44,926 nucleotides of DNA from an uncultured bacterium (GCA_965602415.1 CBFCYU010000001.1:1-44926); one strand, 5' to 3'; shown: positions 34,548-42,856, counted from the stretch's first letter. Program-made: numbers and translations. The notes: generated from the letters alone by a model not told the origin.

Positions 34548-35867
34548 ATGAACACAGTCGATCTGATCGCCAAGAAACGCGATGGGGGGACGTTGACCCG
34601 CGAGGAGATCGAGCACTGGATCGCTGGAACCGTCGATCGGACGATCCCCGAGTACCAGAGCTCCGCCCTGTTGATGGCCATCCGATTGCGCGGGATGACC
34701 GACAAAGAGGCAGCGATCCTCACCGACGTGATGGCTCACTCCGGCTCGATGTTCACGCCGGACGACCTGGGCGGATTCACCGTTGATAAACACTCGACCG
34801 GTGGTGTCGGTGACACGACAACCCTGGTCCTCATTCCACTCCTCGCCGCCGCCGGACTGACGGTGGGAAAGCTCTCCGGCCGCGCCCTCGGCCACACCGG
34901 AGGCACGATCGACAAGCTCGAATCGATCTCCGGGTTCCGCACCGATCTGTCACGCAGCCGGTTTCTCGAGCTCGTCCGTGAGACGAGGCTCGCTCTCGCT
35001 GACCACACCGAGGACATGGTCCCGGCCGACCGGATCCTCTACGAGCTTCGCGACGTCACGGCGACGGTCGACTCGCTGCCGCTGATCGTCGCTTCGATCA
35101 TGTCGAAGAAGATCGCCGGCGGCGCCCAGGGGATCGTCATCGACGTCAAGACCGGCGCGGGCGCGTTCCTCCCGAAACTCGAGGACTCCCGCAGGCTGGC
35201 CGAATCGCTCGTTTCAATCGGCGTGAGGCTTGGGCGGAAGATGGCCGCTCTGATCACCGACATGTCGCAGCCGTTGGGGTTGATGGTCGGAAACGCCCTC
35301 GAGGTCCGCGAGGCGATCGACACCCTCCACGGTGAAGGACCCGACGACCTGTCTAGGCTCTGCTGCGAGCTGGGGGCCGAGCTCCTCGTGTTCGCCGGGG
35401 TCAGTCAAGATCGCAACGACGCAATGGATCATCTCGATCGTCTGCTCCGCGATGGCTCCGCTCTCGACAAGTTCGGCGAGCTGATCGCCAACCAGGATGG
35501 GAACTCCGCGGTGATCGACGATCCGTCCCTCCTCCCGCGCGCCGCGAGAAGGGTGGAGGCTCGCGCGCTGCAGGCCGGCGTCGTACGCGGCCTCAACGCG
35601 CTCGGAATCGGCCGCGCTGCAAACCTTCTTGGCGCCGGACGATTCACCAAAGAGGACTCGATCGACCCGGCCGTCGGCGTGGAACTCGTCCGCAAGATTG
35701 GCGATCGCGTCGAACACGACGAACTCCTCGCCATTCTGCACGTCAACGACGAGACCCACCTCGACACGGCCTGCCGGATGGTCGAATCAGCCTACACGAT
35801 CGATCCGAAGGCCGCGGAGGTCACTCCGCCGGAGCTCATCCTCGAACGGATCGTTGGCGACTCGTGA
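34548..35867 (+). CDS. pdp: Pyrimidine-nucleoside (thymidine) phosphorylase
   Basis: DLIAKKRDGG.L..EEI, SALLMAIRLRGMT, VDKHSTGGVGD, SGRALGHTGGTIDKLE. Confidence 0.93.
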   Translation: MNTVDLIAKKRDGGTLTREEIEHWIAGTVDRTIPEYQSSALLMAIRLRGMTDKEAAILTDVMAHSGSMFTPDDLGGFTVDKHSTGGVGDTTTLVLIPLLAAAGLTVGKLSGRALGHTGGTIDKLESISGFRTDLSRSRFLELVRETRLALADHTEDMVPADRILYELRDVTATVDSLPLIVASIMSKKIAGGAQGIVIDVKTGAGAFLPKLEDSRRLAESLVSIGVRLGRKMAALITDMSQPLGLMVGNALEVREAIDTLHGEGPDDLSRLCCELGAELLVFAGVSQDRNDAMDHLDRLLRDGSALDKFGELIANQDGNSAVIDDPSLLPRAARRVEARALQAGVVRGLNALGIGRAANLLGAGRFTKEDSIDPAVGVELVRKIGDRVEHDELLAILHVNDETHLDTACRMVESAYTIDPKAAEVTPPELILERIVGDS

Positions 35868-35940
35868 CCTTGAATCACGAGTTGCCTAGGGAAGTCGAGG
35901 GCCTCCCTGGCGCTCCCTGCGCCGTACGAATCCTGAGCAC

Positions 35941-36318
35941 CTAGAGCGAAAACGCGTCGGGGAGGAGTTCGCGCACCGTCGTCCGGACGAACGATCCCTC
36001 CGGGTTTCCCATCAGAATCTCCATCTCCGGTGCGTGCTCGTGGAGGACCTGGCGACAGGCTCCGCACGGCCGGCAGTGGTCCGACGCACAAGACACGGCG
36101 AGTTTCGCGAACCCTTGCCGCCCTTCGGAGATCGCCTTGAACAGCGCCACGCGCTCGGCGCAGAGAGACAATCCGTTCACCCCGTTCTCGACATTGACGC
36201 CGGTGTAGGCCGTTCCGTCCTCGCAGAGGAGGGCGGCCCCAACCGGGAACCCCGAGTACGGCGCGTACGCGTTCGTGCGCGCTTCGTTTGCCAGTCGCAA
36301 CAGCTCTCGATCGTCCAT
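35941..36318 (-). CDS. cdd: Cytidine deaminase
   Basis: AYAPYSGFPVGAAL, zinc motifs CAERVA and PCGACRQ. The ATG at 36318 overlaps the upstream stop (TGATG). Confidence 0.9.
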   Translation of the reverse strand: MDDRELLRLANEARTNAYAPYSGFPVGAALLCEDGTAYTGVNVENGVNGLSLCAERVALFKAISEGRQGFAKLAVSCASDHCRPCGACRQVLHEHAPEMEILMGNPEGSFVRTTVRELLPDAFSL

Positions 36319-37163
36319 CAGAATCGGATCACCACCCCTAGTACAGCTGCCAGTCCACCGGAGCGGAGATCCCACCAGTTCGCTGCCTCACTCAGCGGCA
36401 GGAGGAATCGAACGTCCGCGTAGATCCGCAGGAACGGCGGGCCGATCTCGAATCCGACCACGCCGTGGACGGCGAAGGTCGACCAGATCAATTCGTCGAG
36501 GCGGAGGGCTGCCAGGGCGTCGGTCACGCCGTCCTCGAACTCCAGTGGCACATCGATGTCGGCGAGCGGCCGGATCTCGCCCCGCAGCAGATCGACGCCT
36601 CCTCCGAGCGTCAGCGCCAGGATAAGCAGGTCGAAGCGCTTCACCACGTCGGTCGACAGCATCCAGGAGGAGAACGCGACGTCGATTGTCGCGGCCCCGG
36701 AGAACCCCTCCGATTCGAACGCCGCGTCAAACAGCGGCTGCGGAATCTCCGTCCCCGCGAGCCGCGCGACGCCTCGCAGCAGTCCGTCACTCACCAACCC
36801 ACCGGTGAAGCGGACGCTGTCGACGACGATCAGCGGGAGGGAGACCTCGATTGTCCCACCGACCAGCGGAACGGGGAGGAGCGGTGGGAACGCCCGGGCG
36901 AAGTCGTCGATCTGATCGAGCGTCTCGTCGATCCGATCCCGAACCTCCTCGAGAACAGCCGGCGGGACGCCAGAATCGATCAGAGCCCCTTCCAGTGCGG
37001 TGAACGCCCCGTCGACGGCAATCGGGATTCGGCCCAACGTACCGGAGAGATCGAGCGTGTAGATCGGCACCCCCAAGGTGACGCCGCCAGCAACCGCCAC
37101 CGCGCCGTAGAGCAAGACGCCGCAAGCTACGGCGATCGTCGCGCGGAGAAGACGCGTCTTCAT
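36318..37163 (-). CDS. Hypothetical exported protein, possibly an outer-membrane beta-barrel
   Basis: The ATG at 37163 overlaps the acyl-CoA synthetase stop (ATGA). Signal-like N-terminus (MKTRLLRATIAVACGVLLYGAVAVAGG), alternating hydrophobic pattern, and a C-terminus ending AAVLGVVIRF (aromatic terminal residue as in OMP beta-signals). Confidence 0.55.
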   Translation of the reverse strand: MKTRLLRATIAVACGVLLYGAVAVAGGVTLGVPIYTLDLSGTLGRIPIAVDGAFTALEGALIDSGVPPAVLEEVRDRIDETLDQIDDFARAFPPLLPVPLVGGTIEVSLPLIVVDSVRFTGGLVSDGLLRGVARLAGTEIPQPLFDAAFESEGFSGAATIDVAFSSWMLSTDVVKRFDLLILALTLGGGVDLLRGEIRPLADIDVPLEFEDGVTDALAALRLDELIWSTFAVHGVVGFEIGPPFLRIYADVRFLLPLSEAANWWDLRSGGLAAVLGVVIRF

Positions 37164-38785
37164 CGCCGATCCCAACCCTCCCATTCCGCCTTCTTCAGTT
37201 CTGCACGTTTGATCTTACCACTTGTCGTCTTCGGTAGCTCGGTCACGTACTCGATCGCCCGCGGATACTTGTATGGCGCAGTGACGCTCTTCACGTGATC
37301 CTGGAGCTGCTTCGTCAGTTCGTCGGACGGCTCGTGGCCGACGGCGAGGACAACGAACGCCTTGACGATCTCGCCCCGCTCGCGGTGCGGTGCCGCCACG
37401 GCCGCCGCCTCGACGACCGCTGGGTGGCTGACGAGCGCGTCCTCAACCTCGAACGGGCCGATTCGATACCCCGAGGTGAGGATGACGTCGTCGGCGCGCC
37501 CCTCGAAGAAGAGATAGCCGTCCTCGTCCATCCGCGCGAGGTCGCCGGTCCGGTACCACCCGCCGGCGAAGACCTCGTCGTCGAGTTCGGGTGCCTTCCA
37601 GTAGCCGTCGAAGATCGCGGGGTTCCCCGGTTCGAGCGAGATCTCGCCGATCTCTCCCTGCGGGACGTGATTCCCGTTACGGTCGATCAGGACGACACCG
37701 GGACCCGGTGTCGCCATCCCCATCGCTCCCGGCTTGACCGGCATGCCGGGGAGGTTGCAGACGAGGCAGATGCTCTCCGTCTGACCGTAGCCGTCGCGGA
37801 TCGTCACCCCGAACGCCCGCTTGAATGCCTCGATCGGCTCCACATTCAGCGGCTCGCCGGCCGACAGGGCGTCCTTCAATACCAGGTCGTGCTTTGTCAT
37901 GTCGGGATGTTGGGCGAACAGCCGGTACTCCGTCGGCGTTGCGCAGAGCTTAGTGATCTTGTGCTTCTCCATCAGCTCGAAGTACTTGTCGGCGTCGTAG
38001 CGTCCGTTGTACATGAACTGCGTCGCCCCGCTGGTCAGCGAGACGCCGATCGGGCTCCAGTACCACTTCGCCCAGCCGGGCGCTGTCGTCGCCCAGATCA
38101 CATCGTTCTCGTTGGCGTCGTACCAATAGCGCGCCGTCACCCGGTTGTGGCAGTACATCCACCGATGCTTGTGGACGACCGGCTTTGGGCTCCCCGTGGT
38201 TCCCGAGGTGAAATTGATCGTCATCGGATCGTCGGCCGTGATCTTCACCTTCTCCACGCTCGGATCCGCCTCCGCGACGAGGTCCTCGAACCGAAGCCAG
38301 CCGTCGCGCGGTTCCTTGGACCCGATGACGATGAACGTCGCCAGCGGACACTCCACGCTCGTCTCATCGACCGTGTCCGCTGTCGATGCGTCGGCGACGA
38401 TCACCTTCGCACCGCTCACCTGGGAACGGTAGGCGATCTCTTTGCTCTTGAGCATCTCGGAGCACGGGACAGCGACGCCGCCGGCGACGAACGTCCCCAA
38501 CTGCGCCATGTGCGCCTCGGGGAGACGAGGGAGAACGTGGAGGATCGGATCGGCCTTCTTCACCCCGAGGGCAATCAGGGCGCTCCCGAATCGGCGCGTC
38601 CCGTCGACCAGCTCCGCGTAGGTCACCCGTCGTTCGTTCCCATCGGCGTCCTCCCAGATCACCGCGACCTTTTCCGGACTTCGCTTCGCGTGCCCCTCGA
38701 CTGCATCAACGATGTTGTAGTCCGTCGGGATCTCCCAGCGAAACTCTTCGACCTCTTTGCGATACTGCGCGTTGTCGTAGTGCAT
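37160..38785 (-). CDS. AMP-forming acyl-CoA synthetase/ligase (medium-chain type)
   Basis: AMP-binding motif NFTSGTTGSPKP, YGQTE, WYRTGD, GRADDVI, C-terminal PKTTSGKIKR. Confidence 0.9.
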   Translation of the reverse strand: MHYDNAQYRKEVEEFRWEIPTDYNIVDAVEGHAKRSPEKVAVIWEDADGNERRVTYAELVDGTRRFGSALIALGVKKADPILHVLPRLPEAHMAQLGTFVAGGVAVPCSEMLKSKEIAYRSQVSGAKVIVADASTADTVDETSVECPLATFIVIGSKEPRDGWLRFEDLVAEADPSVEKVKITADDPMTINFTSGTTGSPKPVVHKHRWMYCHNRVTARYWYDANENDVIWATTAPGWAKWYWSPIGVSLTSGATQFMYNGRYDADKYFELMEKHKITKLCATPTEYRLFAQHPDMTKHDLVLKDALSAGEPLNVEPIEAFKRAFGVTIRDGYGQTESICLVCNLPGMPVKPGAMGMATPGPGVVLIDRNGNHVPQGEIGEISLEPGNPAIFDGYWKAPELDDEVFAGGWYRTGDLARMDEDGYLFFEGRADDVILTSGYRIGPFEVEDALVSHPAVVEAAAVAAPHRERGEIVKAFVVLAVGHEPSDELTKQLQDHVKSVTAPYKYPRAIEYVTELPKTTSGKIKRAELKKAEWEGWDRR

Positions 38786-38813
38786 CTGCGTTGACCACCC
38801 CGAACCGGTAGTT

Positions 38814-38842
38814 TTGATTGGGAAATGTGCTTCCTATAGCAT
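38814..38842 (+). promoter_or_regulatory. Sigma-70-like promoter TTGATT-N17-TAGCAT
   Basis: AT-rich island in the 89-nt divergent region, 33 nt upstream of the ATG at 38875. Confidence 0.3.
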
Positions 38843-38874
38843 ATCCCCAACCCCAGCGCCAATCGAGGTGTGCG

Positions 38875-39630
38875 ATGAGAGCATCCGTAGTCCTGACCCC
38901 GCCGATGTCCAAACGCCTGATCGCCAAGGGGGTCGCCGCGCTGCCCCAGGTCAGGACGGCACTCGAGGGAGGCCGGATCGTGGTCACGCTCGGAACGACG
39001 AACGCCTACGTCGCTGAGGAGCTCCTCGGCGGGCCGATCGACCGAGGCGCGTTCGCCGCCGGGTTCATCGACGACCGGTGGAACATCAACGCACGACTCG
39101 GGGAGGTGGGCGAGATCGTTTTCGAGCGCGGGAAGCCGCTCAAAACGGGTCCGGACGAGGCACTCGCCTCGCTTGAGGCAGGCGACATCGTGATCAAAGG
39201 CGGAAACGCGCTCGATCCGGAGGGCGTCGTCGGGGTCCTGCTGGGCTCCTCGACCGGCGGGACCGTCGGTCGCTACGTTGCGGCCTGTCTCGCCCGCGGC
39301 ATCGAGATTGTCATCCCGATTGGCCTGTCCAAGTCGGTCCATACCTCGATCGTCGAGCTCTCCCGCGAGATGGGGATCGAGCGCACGGAGCTTCGGACGG
39401 GGATCCCCTGTGGGATCTTCCCGCTGCACGGCCGTGTGGTCACCGAGATCGACGCCCTGGAGACGCTCTTCCCCGTTCGCGCACTTCACGTGACGTCCGG
39501 CGGAGTGGGGATTGGCGCCGGGGCCGTCTCGCTCCTGATCGAGGGTGAAGAGGGAGCCGTTCGGGACGCGTTCGCCCTCATCGAGCCCCTCTACGACGAA
39601 GATGATACCGCGCTGTCAGGCCGCGCATGA
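38875..39630 (+). CDS. Hypothetical conserved-looking protein (251 aa)
   Basis: ATG at 38875 after GAGGTG, and its stop overlaps the yigZ start (ATGA). Gly-rich alpha/beta-type sequence (IVVTLGTTNAYV, IVIKGGNALDPEG, VIPIGLSKS). No family recognised with confidence. Confidence 0.6.
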   Translation: MRASVVLTPPMSKRLIAKGVAALPQVRTALEGGRIVVTLGTTNAYVAEELLGGPIDRGAFAAGFIDDRWNINARLGEVGEIVFERGKPLKTGPDEALASLEAGDIVIKGGNALDPEGVVGVLLGSSTGGTVGRYVAACLARGIEIVIPIGLSKSVHTSIVELSREMGIERTELRTGIPCGIFPLHGRVVTEIDALETLFPVRALHVTSGGVGIGAGAVSLLIEGEEGAVRDAFALIEPLYDEDDTALSGRA

Positions 39631-40238
39631 TCGACTCGTATCGAACGCTCGCCGAAGCCGCGAAGGGTCGGATCACCCGCAAGAAGTCGCGATTCCTCTC
39701 GTTCGTGCATCCGGCCGACTCCTTGGATCAGGTCGAGGCGAAGATCGCCGAGGTCCGCCGCGCGTATCACGACGCGGCGCACCACTGCACCGCCTATCGC
39801 CTCGTCGCGTCTCCCGAGCCGATCGCCGCGGCTGACGACGCCGGCGAGCCGTCCGGATCAGCCGGCCCACCGATCCTCCACCGGCTCGAGGAGGCCGACC
39901 TCCTCAACGTTCTCGTCGTGGTCGTCCGGTACTTCGGCGGAACGAAGCTCGGCGTCGGGGGTCTGATCCGCGCCTACGCCGACGCGACGCAGGCGGCACT
40001 CGAAGAGGCCCGGATTGTCGTCCGCCGCATGGCTGTTGAGGTATTGATCCGATTCCCGGCTGACGTAAACTCAGGTGTCATGGCGACGATCCATCGATGC
40101 GGGGCTGAGATCCGGGACATTCGATTCGACGAGTCGGCCGAGGTCCGGGTGGGGCTCGTGCCCAGCGGGGTCTCAGCGTTCCGCTCAGCGATCCGAGAGG
40201 CAACCGGGGATCGTGCCACGACGGAGGTACTCGCATGA
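39627..40238 (+). CDS. yigZ: YigZ/IMPACT family protein (UPF0029)
   Basis: KKSRFLSFVHP, AAHHCTAYRL, DDAGEPSGSAGPPIL and VVVVRYFGGTKLGVGGLIRAY are hallmark YigZ motifs. Confidence 0.85.
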   Translation: MIDSYRTLAEAAKGRITRKKSRFLSFVHPADSLDQVEAKIAEVRRAYHDAAHHCTAYRLVASPEPIAAADDAGEPSGSAGPPILHRLEEADLLNVLVVVVRYFGGTKLGVGGLIRAYADATQAALEEARIVVRRMAVEVLIRFPADVNSGVMATIHRCGAEIRDIRFDESAEVRVGLVPSGVSAFRSAIREATGDRATTEVLA

Positions 40239-40825
40239 TCGACGCGATTCGAGGGGAGATGGCACACGTCGGGACCGATCACGTGGTCATCGACACCGGG
40301 AGCGTCTCCTACCGCGTCGACTGCCCGACCGAAACCCTCCGCCAATGTCACGATCGCCGGATCGATCAGGTCTTCGTCCATCTCATCGTCCGTGAGGACA
40401 CGATCCAGCTGTACGGGTTCGGATCGCCGGAGGAGCGCGAGCTGTTCAGGAAGCTTCTTACCGTCGGGCAGGTCGGCCCGCGGCTCGCTCTCCAGGTTCT
40501 CTCCGCCCTCCCGCGACGGGCGTTCATTGACGCGATCGCCAACAACGACGTTAGTCGGTTGACCGCGGTGAAGGGGATCGGGACGAAGACGGCACAGCGG
40601 ATCCTGATCGACCTCCGCGACAAGGTTGGAGGAATCGGCGAGGCCGATCCCGCAGACATCTTCCTCACCAACAGCGAGGAGACCGCGCTCCGGGCACTGA
40701 CATCGAAGGCCCTCGGTTTCTCCGCCCGCGAGGCCCGTCATGCGATCGAGCAACTCCGCGGGGAGGAGATGACAACGGAGGAACTCATCCGCCGGGGGCT
40801 GGCGATCCTCGGGCGAGGGTCATGA
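40235..40825 (+). CDS. ruvA: Holliday junction DNA helicase subunit RuvA
   Basis: MIDAIRGE..., LYGFGSPEERELFRKLL.V.QVGPRLAL, and HhH VKGIGTKTAQRILIDLRDK. Confidence 0.92.
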   Translation: MIDAIRGEMAHVGTDHVVIDTGSVSYRVDCPTETLRQCHDRRIDQVFVHLIVREDTIQLYGFGSPEERELFRKLLTVGQVGPRLALQVLSALPRRAFIDAIANNDVSRLTAVKGIGTKTAQRILIDLRDKVGGIGEADPADIFLTNSEETALRALTSKALGFSAREARHAIEQLRGEEMTTEELIRRGLAILGRGS

Positions 40826-41244
40826 GGGTCCTCGGAATCGACTACGGGCGTCGACGAATCGGACTGGCGCTGAGCGACGAGGAGGGAATCCTCGCGAGCC
40901 CGCTCCCGACTTACGTCCGCGGGCGATCAGAGGAGCGTGACATTGCTCGATTGGCCACGCTAATCGCGCGGCACGGGGCGACGGCAGTCGCCGTCGGATT
41001 GCCACTCAACATGGATGGCTCGCGCGGTGAGATGGCTCGCGCGGCGGAGGCGTTTGCCGACCGAATCCAAAAGAAGACCGCGCTTCCGGTCGAGCTGTTC
41101 GACGAGCGGCTCACCAGCAGCGAGGCGGAGCGCGTCTTGCTTGAAGCGAATCTACCGAGGCGTCGAAGAAAGGAACTGCGAGACAGCCTCTCCGCGGTGC
41201 TAATCCTTCAAGGCCATCTCGACCGGCTGAACTCCTCTCACTAG
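40822..41244 (+). CDS. ruvX: Putative pre-16S rRNA nuclease / Holliday junction resolvase-like YqgF
   Basis: MRVLGIDYGRRRIGLALSD..., VGLPLNMDGS, DERLTSSEAE. Confidence 0.9.
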   Translation: MRVLGIDYGRRRIGLALSDEEGILASPLPTYVRGRSEERDIARLATLIARHGATAVAVGLPLNMDGSRGEMARAAEAFADRIQKKTALPVELFDERLTSSEAERVLLEANLPRRRRKELRDSLSAVLILQGHLDRLNSSH

Positions 41245-41266
41245 CCGCCGAATCCGAAGAAGAAAA

Positions 41267-41437
41267 CTACCTCTTCTTCTCCTCCCGCTTGAGGAATTCG
41301 ATGATCGCCTCGACCACCAGGTAGTTCACCGAGCGGTCCTTCGCCTCGGCCAACTTCAGCAGCCGTTCGACCGGCTGCTGGTCGATCTTGCTCTTCGGCA
41401 CGTAGATCGAGATCTTGTCCAGGAGCTGCTTTGGCAC
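41267..41437 (-). CDS. Small ribbon-helix-helix (CopG/Arc-like) protein, 56 aa
   Basis: GTG at 41437 preceded by AAGGGGGA. The product VPKQLLDKISIYVPKSKIDQQPVERLLKLAEAKDRSVNYLVVEAIIEFLKREEKKR has a beta-strand, helix, helix RHH layout. The rest of the 181-aa ORF overlaps prfB. Confidence 0.55.
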   Translation of the reverse strand: MPKQLLDKISIYVPKSKIDQQPVERLLKLAEAKDRSVNYLVVEAIIEFLKREEKKR

Positions 41438-41471
41438 GAGATCCCCCTTTTCGATGCACGTTGTACATTGT

Positions 41472-41500
41472 ATTGTAGCAGCCTCTGTTAGAGAGAGCAA
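41472..41500 (-). promoter_or_regulatory. Sigma-70-like promoter TTGCTC-N17-TACAAT for the RHH gene
   Basis: Read on the minus strand immediately after the prfB stop. It is the most AT-rich patch in this neighbourhood and contains TACAATACAATGTACAA. Confidence 0.45.
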
Positions 41501-41517
41501 GGCGAAGTCGGACGCTG

Positions 41518-42613
41518 TTACGTTCGGTCCTTGGCCGCCTGTTCCAGGTACGCCTCGATGAAGCCGGCGAGGTCTCCATCGAGGACCGCGTCGATGTTTC
41601 CCGTTTCGTACGTCGTGCGGTGATCCTTCACCATCTGATACGGATGGAGGACGTACGAGCGGATCTGACTCCCCCACTCGTTCTCTCTCAGCTCGCCCTG
41701 CAGCTCCTCGAGCTTCTCCGCCTGCTGCTGACGAAGGAGCTCGTTCAGTCGGGCGCGTAAGACTCGCATCGCGTTCTCCTTGTTCTGGTGCTGGCTGCGC
41801 TCGTTCTGACACGAGACGACAATCCCCGTCGGGATGTGCGTGATCCGCACGGCCGAGTCGGTCACGTTGACGTGTTGCCCGCCGGCTCCGGACGAACGGT
41901 AGGTGTCGACGCGAAGCTCCTTCGGATCGATCTGGAGGACGGCCTCTTCCACCTCGGGAACGACTGACACTGCAGCGAACGACGTGTGCCGCCGATGGGC
42001 GGAGTCGAATGGGGAGAGGCGAACCAGCCGGTGGACGCCCTTCTCCCCGCGCAGATTTCCGTACGCGTACCGCCCTTTCACTTCCAGGGTCGCGCCCCGG
42101 ATCCCCGCCACCTCGGCCGGGCTGACATCGAGGAGGTCCGCCTTGAAGCCTATCCGCTCGCAGAAGCGCCCGTACATCCGCAACAGCATCTCCGCCCAGT
42201 CCTGCGAATCGGTTCCCCCGGCTCCAGCATTGATCGACAAATAGCAGCTCCCGATGTCGTACTCGCCGGAAAACGCCAATTCGATCCGCAGCTGTCTTAC
42301 GCGCGCGCTGAGCGCAGCAAGCCGCCCCTCGAGTTCGGCGAGTTCGGATTCGTCCTCGGCTTCCACGGCCATCCGGTGAAGGAGCTCGATCTCCTCGAGT
42401 TCGGTGGTCACGTCGACGTAGGTGGTCAGCTTCGATCGTGCGCGCTCGACCCGTTGGGACAGGCTCTTCGCACGGTCGCGGTCCTCCCAGAACCCGGGGC
42501 TCGCCATCTCCGCATCGAGACGCCCGACTTCCTCTCGGAGTCCCGTCGGGTCAAAGGTAATCACCGATCCTCTTCACCAGGTCCTGCAACCTCGCGATCC
42601 TCTCTTCGTGCAT
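41518..42613 (-). CDS. prfB: Peptide chain release factor 2, with programmed +1 ribosomal frameshift
   Basis: SPF and GGQ motifs in the 348-aa ORF. The true ATG at 42613 encodes MHEERIARLQDLVKRIGDYL, then an in-frame TGA. Shifting +1 at CTT TGA C joins it to ...DPTGLREEVGRL, for a total of about 364 aa. Confidence 0.93.
42550..42570 (-). other. prfB +1 frameshift site (SD-like GGTGAT, then TAC CTT TGA C)
   Basis: The minus strand reads AGGATCGGTGATTACCTTTGAC. CTT is at 42556-42554 and TGA at 42553-42551, with the SD-like element 3 nt upstream as in characterised prfB genes. Confidence 0.85.
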
Positions 42614-42655
42614 TTCCGCCCCTTCGCAGCTCGTGCGTCGTCTACCCGACCCATC

Positions 42656-42756
42656 ATGTCGATCGACACCGCGCCGATCCGACCCTTTATGTCGATCGAC
42701 ACCGCGCCGATCCGACCCTTTATGTCGATCGACACCGCGCCGATCCGACCCTTTAT
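42656..42756. repeat. Perfect tandem repeat, 3 full copies of a 33-bp unit plus the first nucleotides of a fourth
   Basis: ATGTCGATCGACACCGCGCCGATCCGACCCTTT occurs at 42656-42688, 42689-42721 and 42722-42754, followed by AT. Each unit contains the 10-bp palindrome GTCGATCGAC. Confidence 0.95.
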
Positions 42757-42780
42757 AGGGGAATTGGCGGCCGGCCTCAA
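42752..42780 (-). promoter_or_regulatory. Sigma-70-like promoter TTGAGG-N17-TATAAA pointing through the repeats toward prfB
   Basis: Read on the minus strand. The -10 is formed at the junction of the truncated fourth repeat copy. Confidence 0.35.
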
Positions 42781-42804
42781 CCGCCCGTGTCGCGCGGATC
42801 CCAG

Positions 42805-42833
42805 TTGACAGCGGGAACCGGCCTCACTACGAT
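42805..42833 (+). promoter_or_regulatory. Sigma-70-like promoter TTGACA-N17-TACGAT for the oxidoreductase gene
   Basis: Consensus -35, 17-nt spacer, 24 nt upstream of the GTG at 42857. Confidence 0.5.
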
Positions 42834-42856
42834 GCGGACCCAGGGAGGGCGGCGGA

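Noticed and set aside
41438-41812. Full 181-aa ORF 41267-41812 as one gene
   Set aside because: Its N-terminal two thirds overlap prfB in another frame and are Arg/Gly/Pro-rich. Only the last 56 codons, with their own promoter and SD, look genuine.
42656-42756. 33-bp repeats as a CRISPR array
   Set aside because: The copies are directly abutting with no spacers. There are only three units and no cas genes or leader. This is a tandem repeat, not a CRISPR.
42422-42808. Plus-strand 128-aa ORF translating the repeats as MSIDTAPIRPF x3 (the unit is exactly 11 codons and starts with ATG)
   Set aside because: The ORF is antisense to the prfB 5' end, has no SD before any of the ATGs, and the rest of the product is low-complexity. 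The in-frame periodicity is noted but a repeat peptide gene is not supported.
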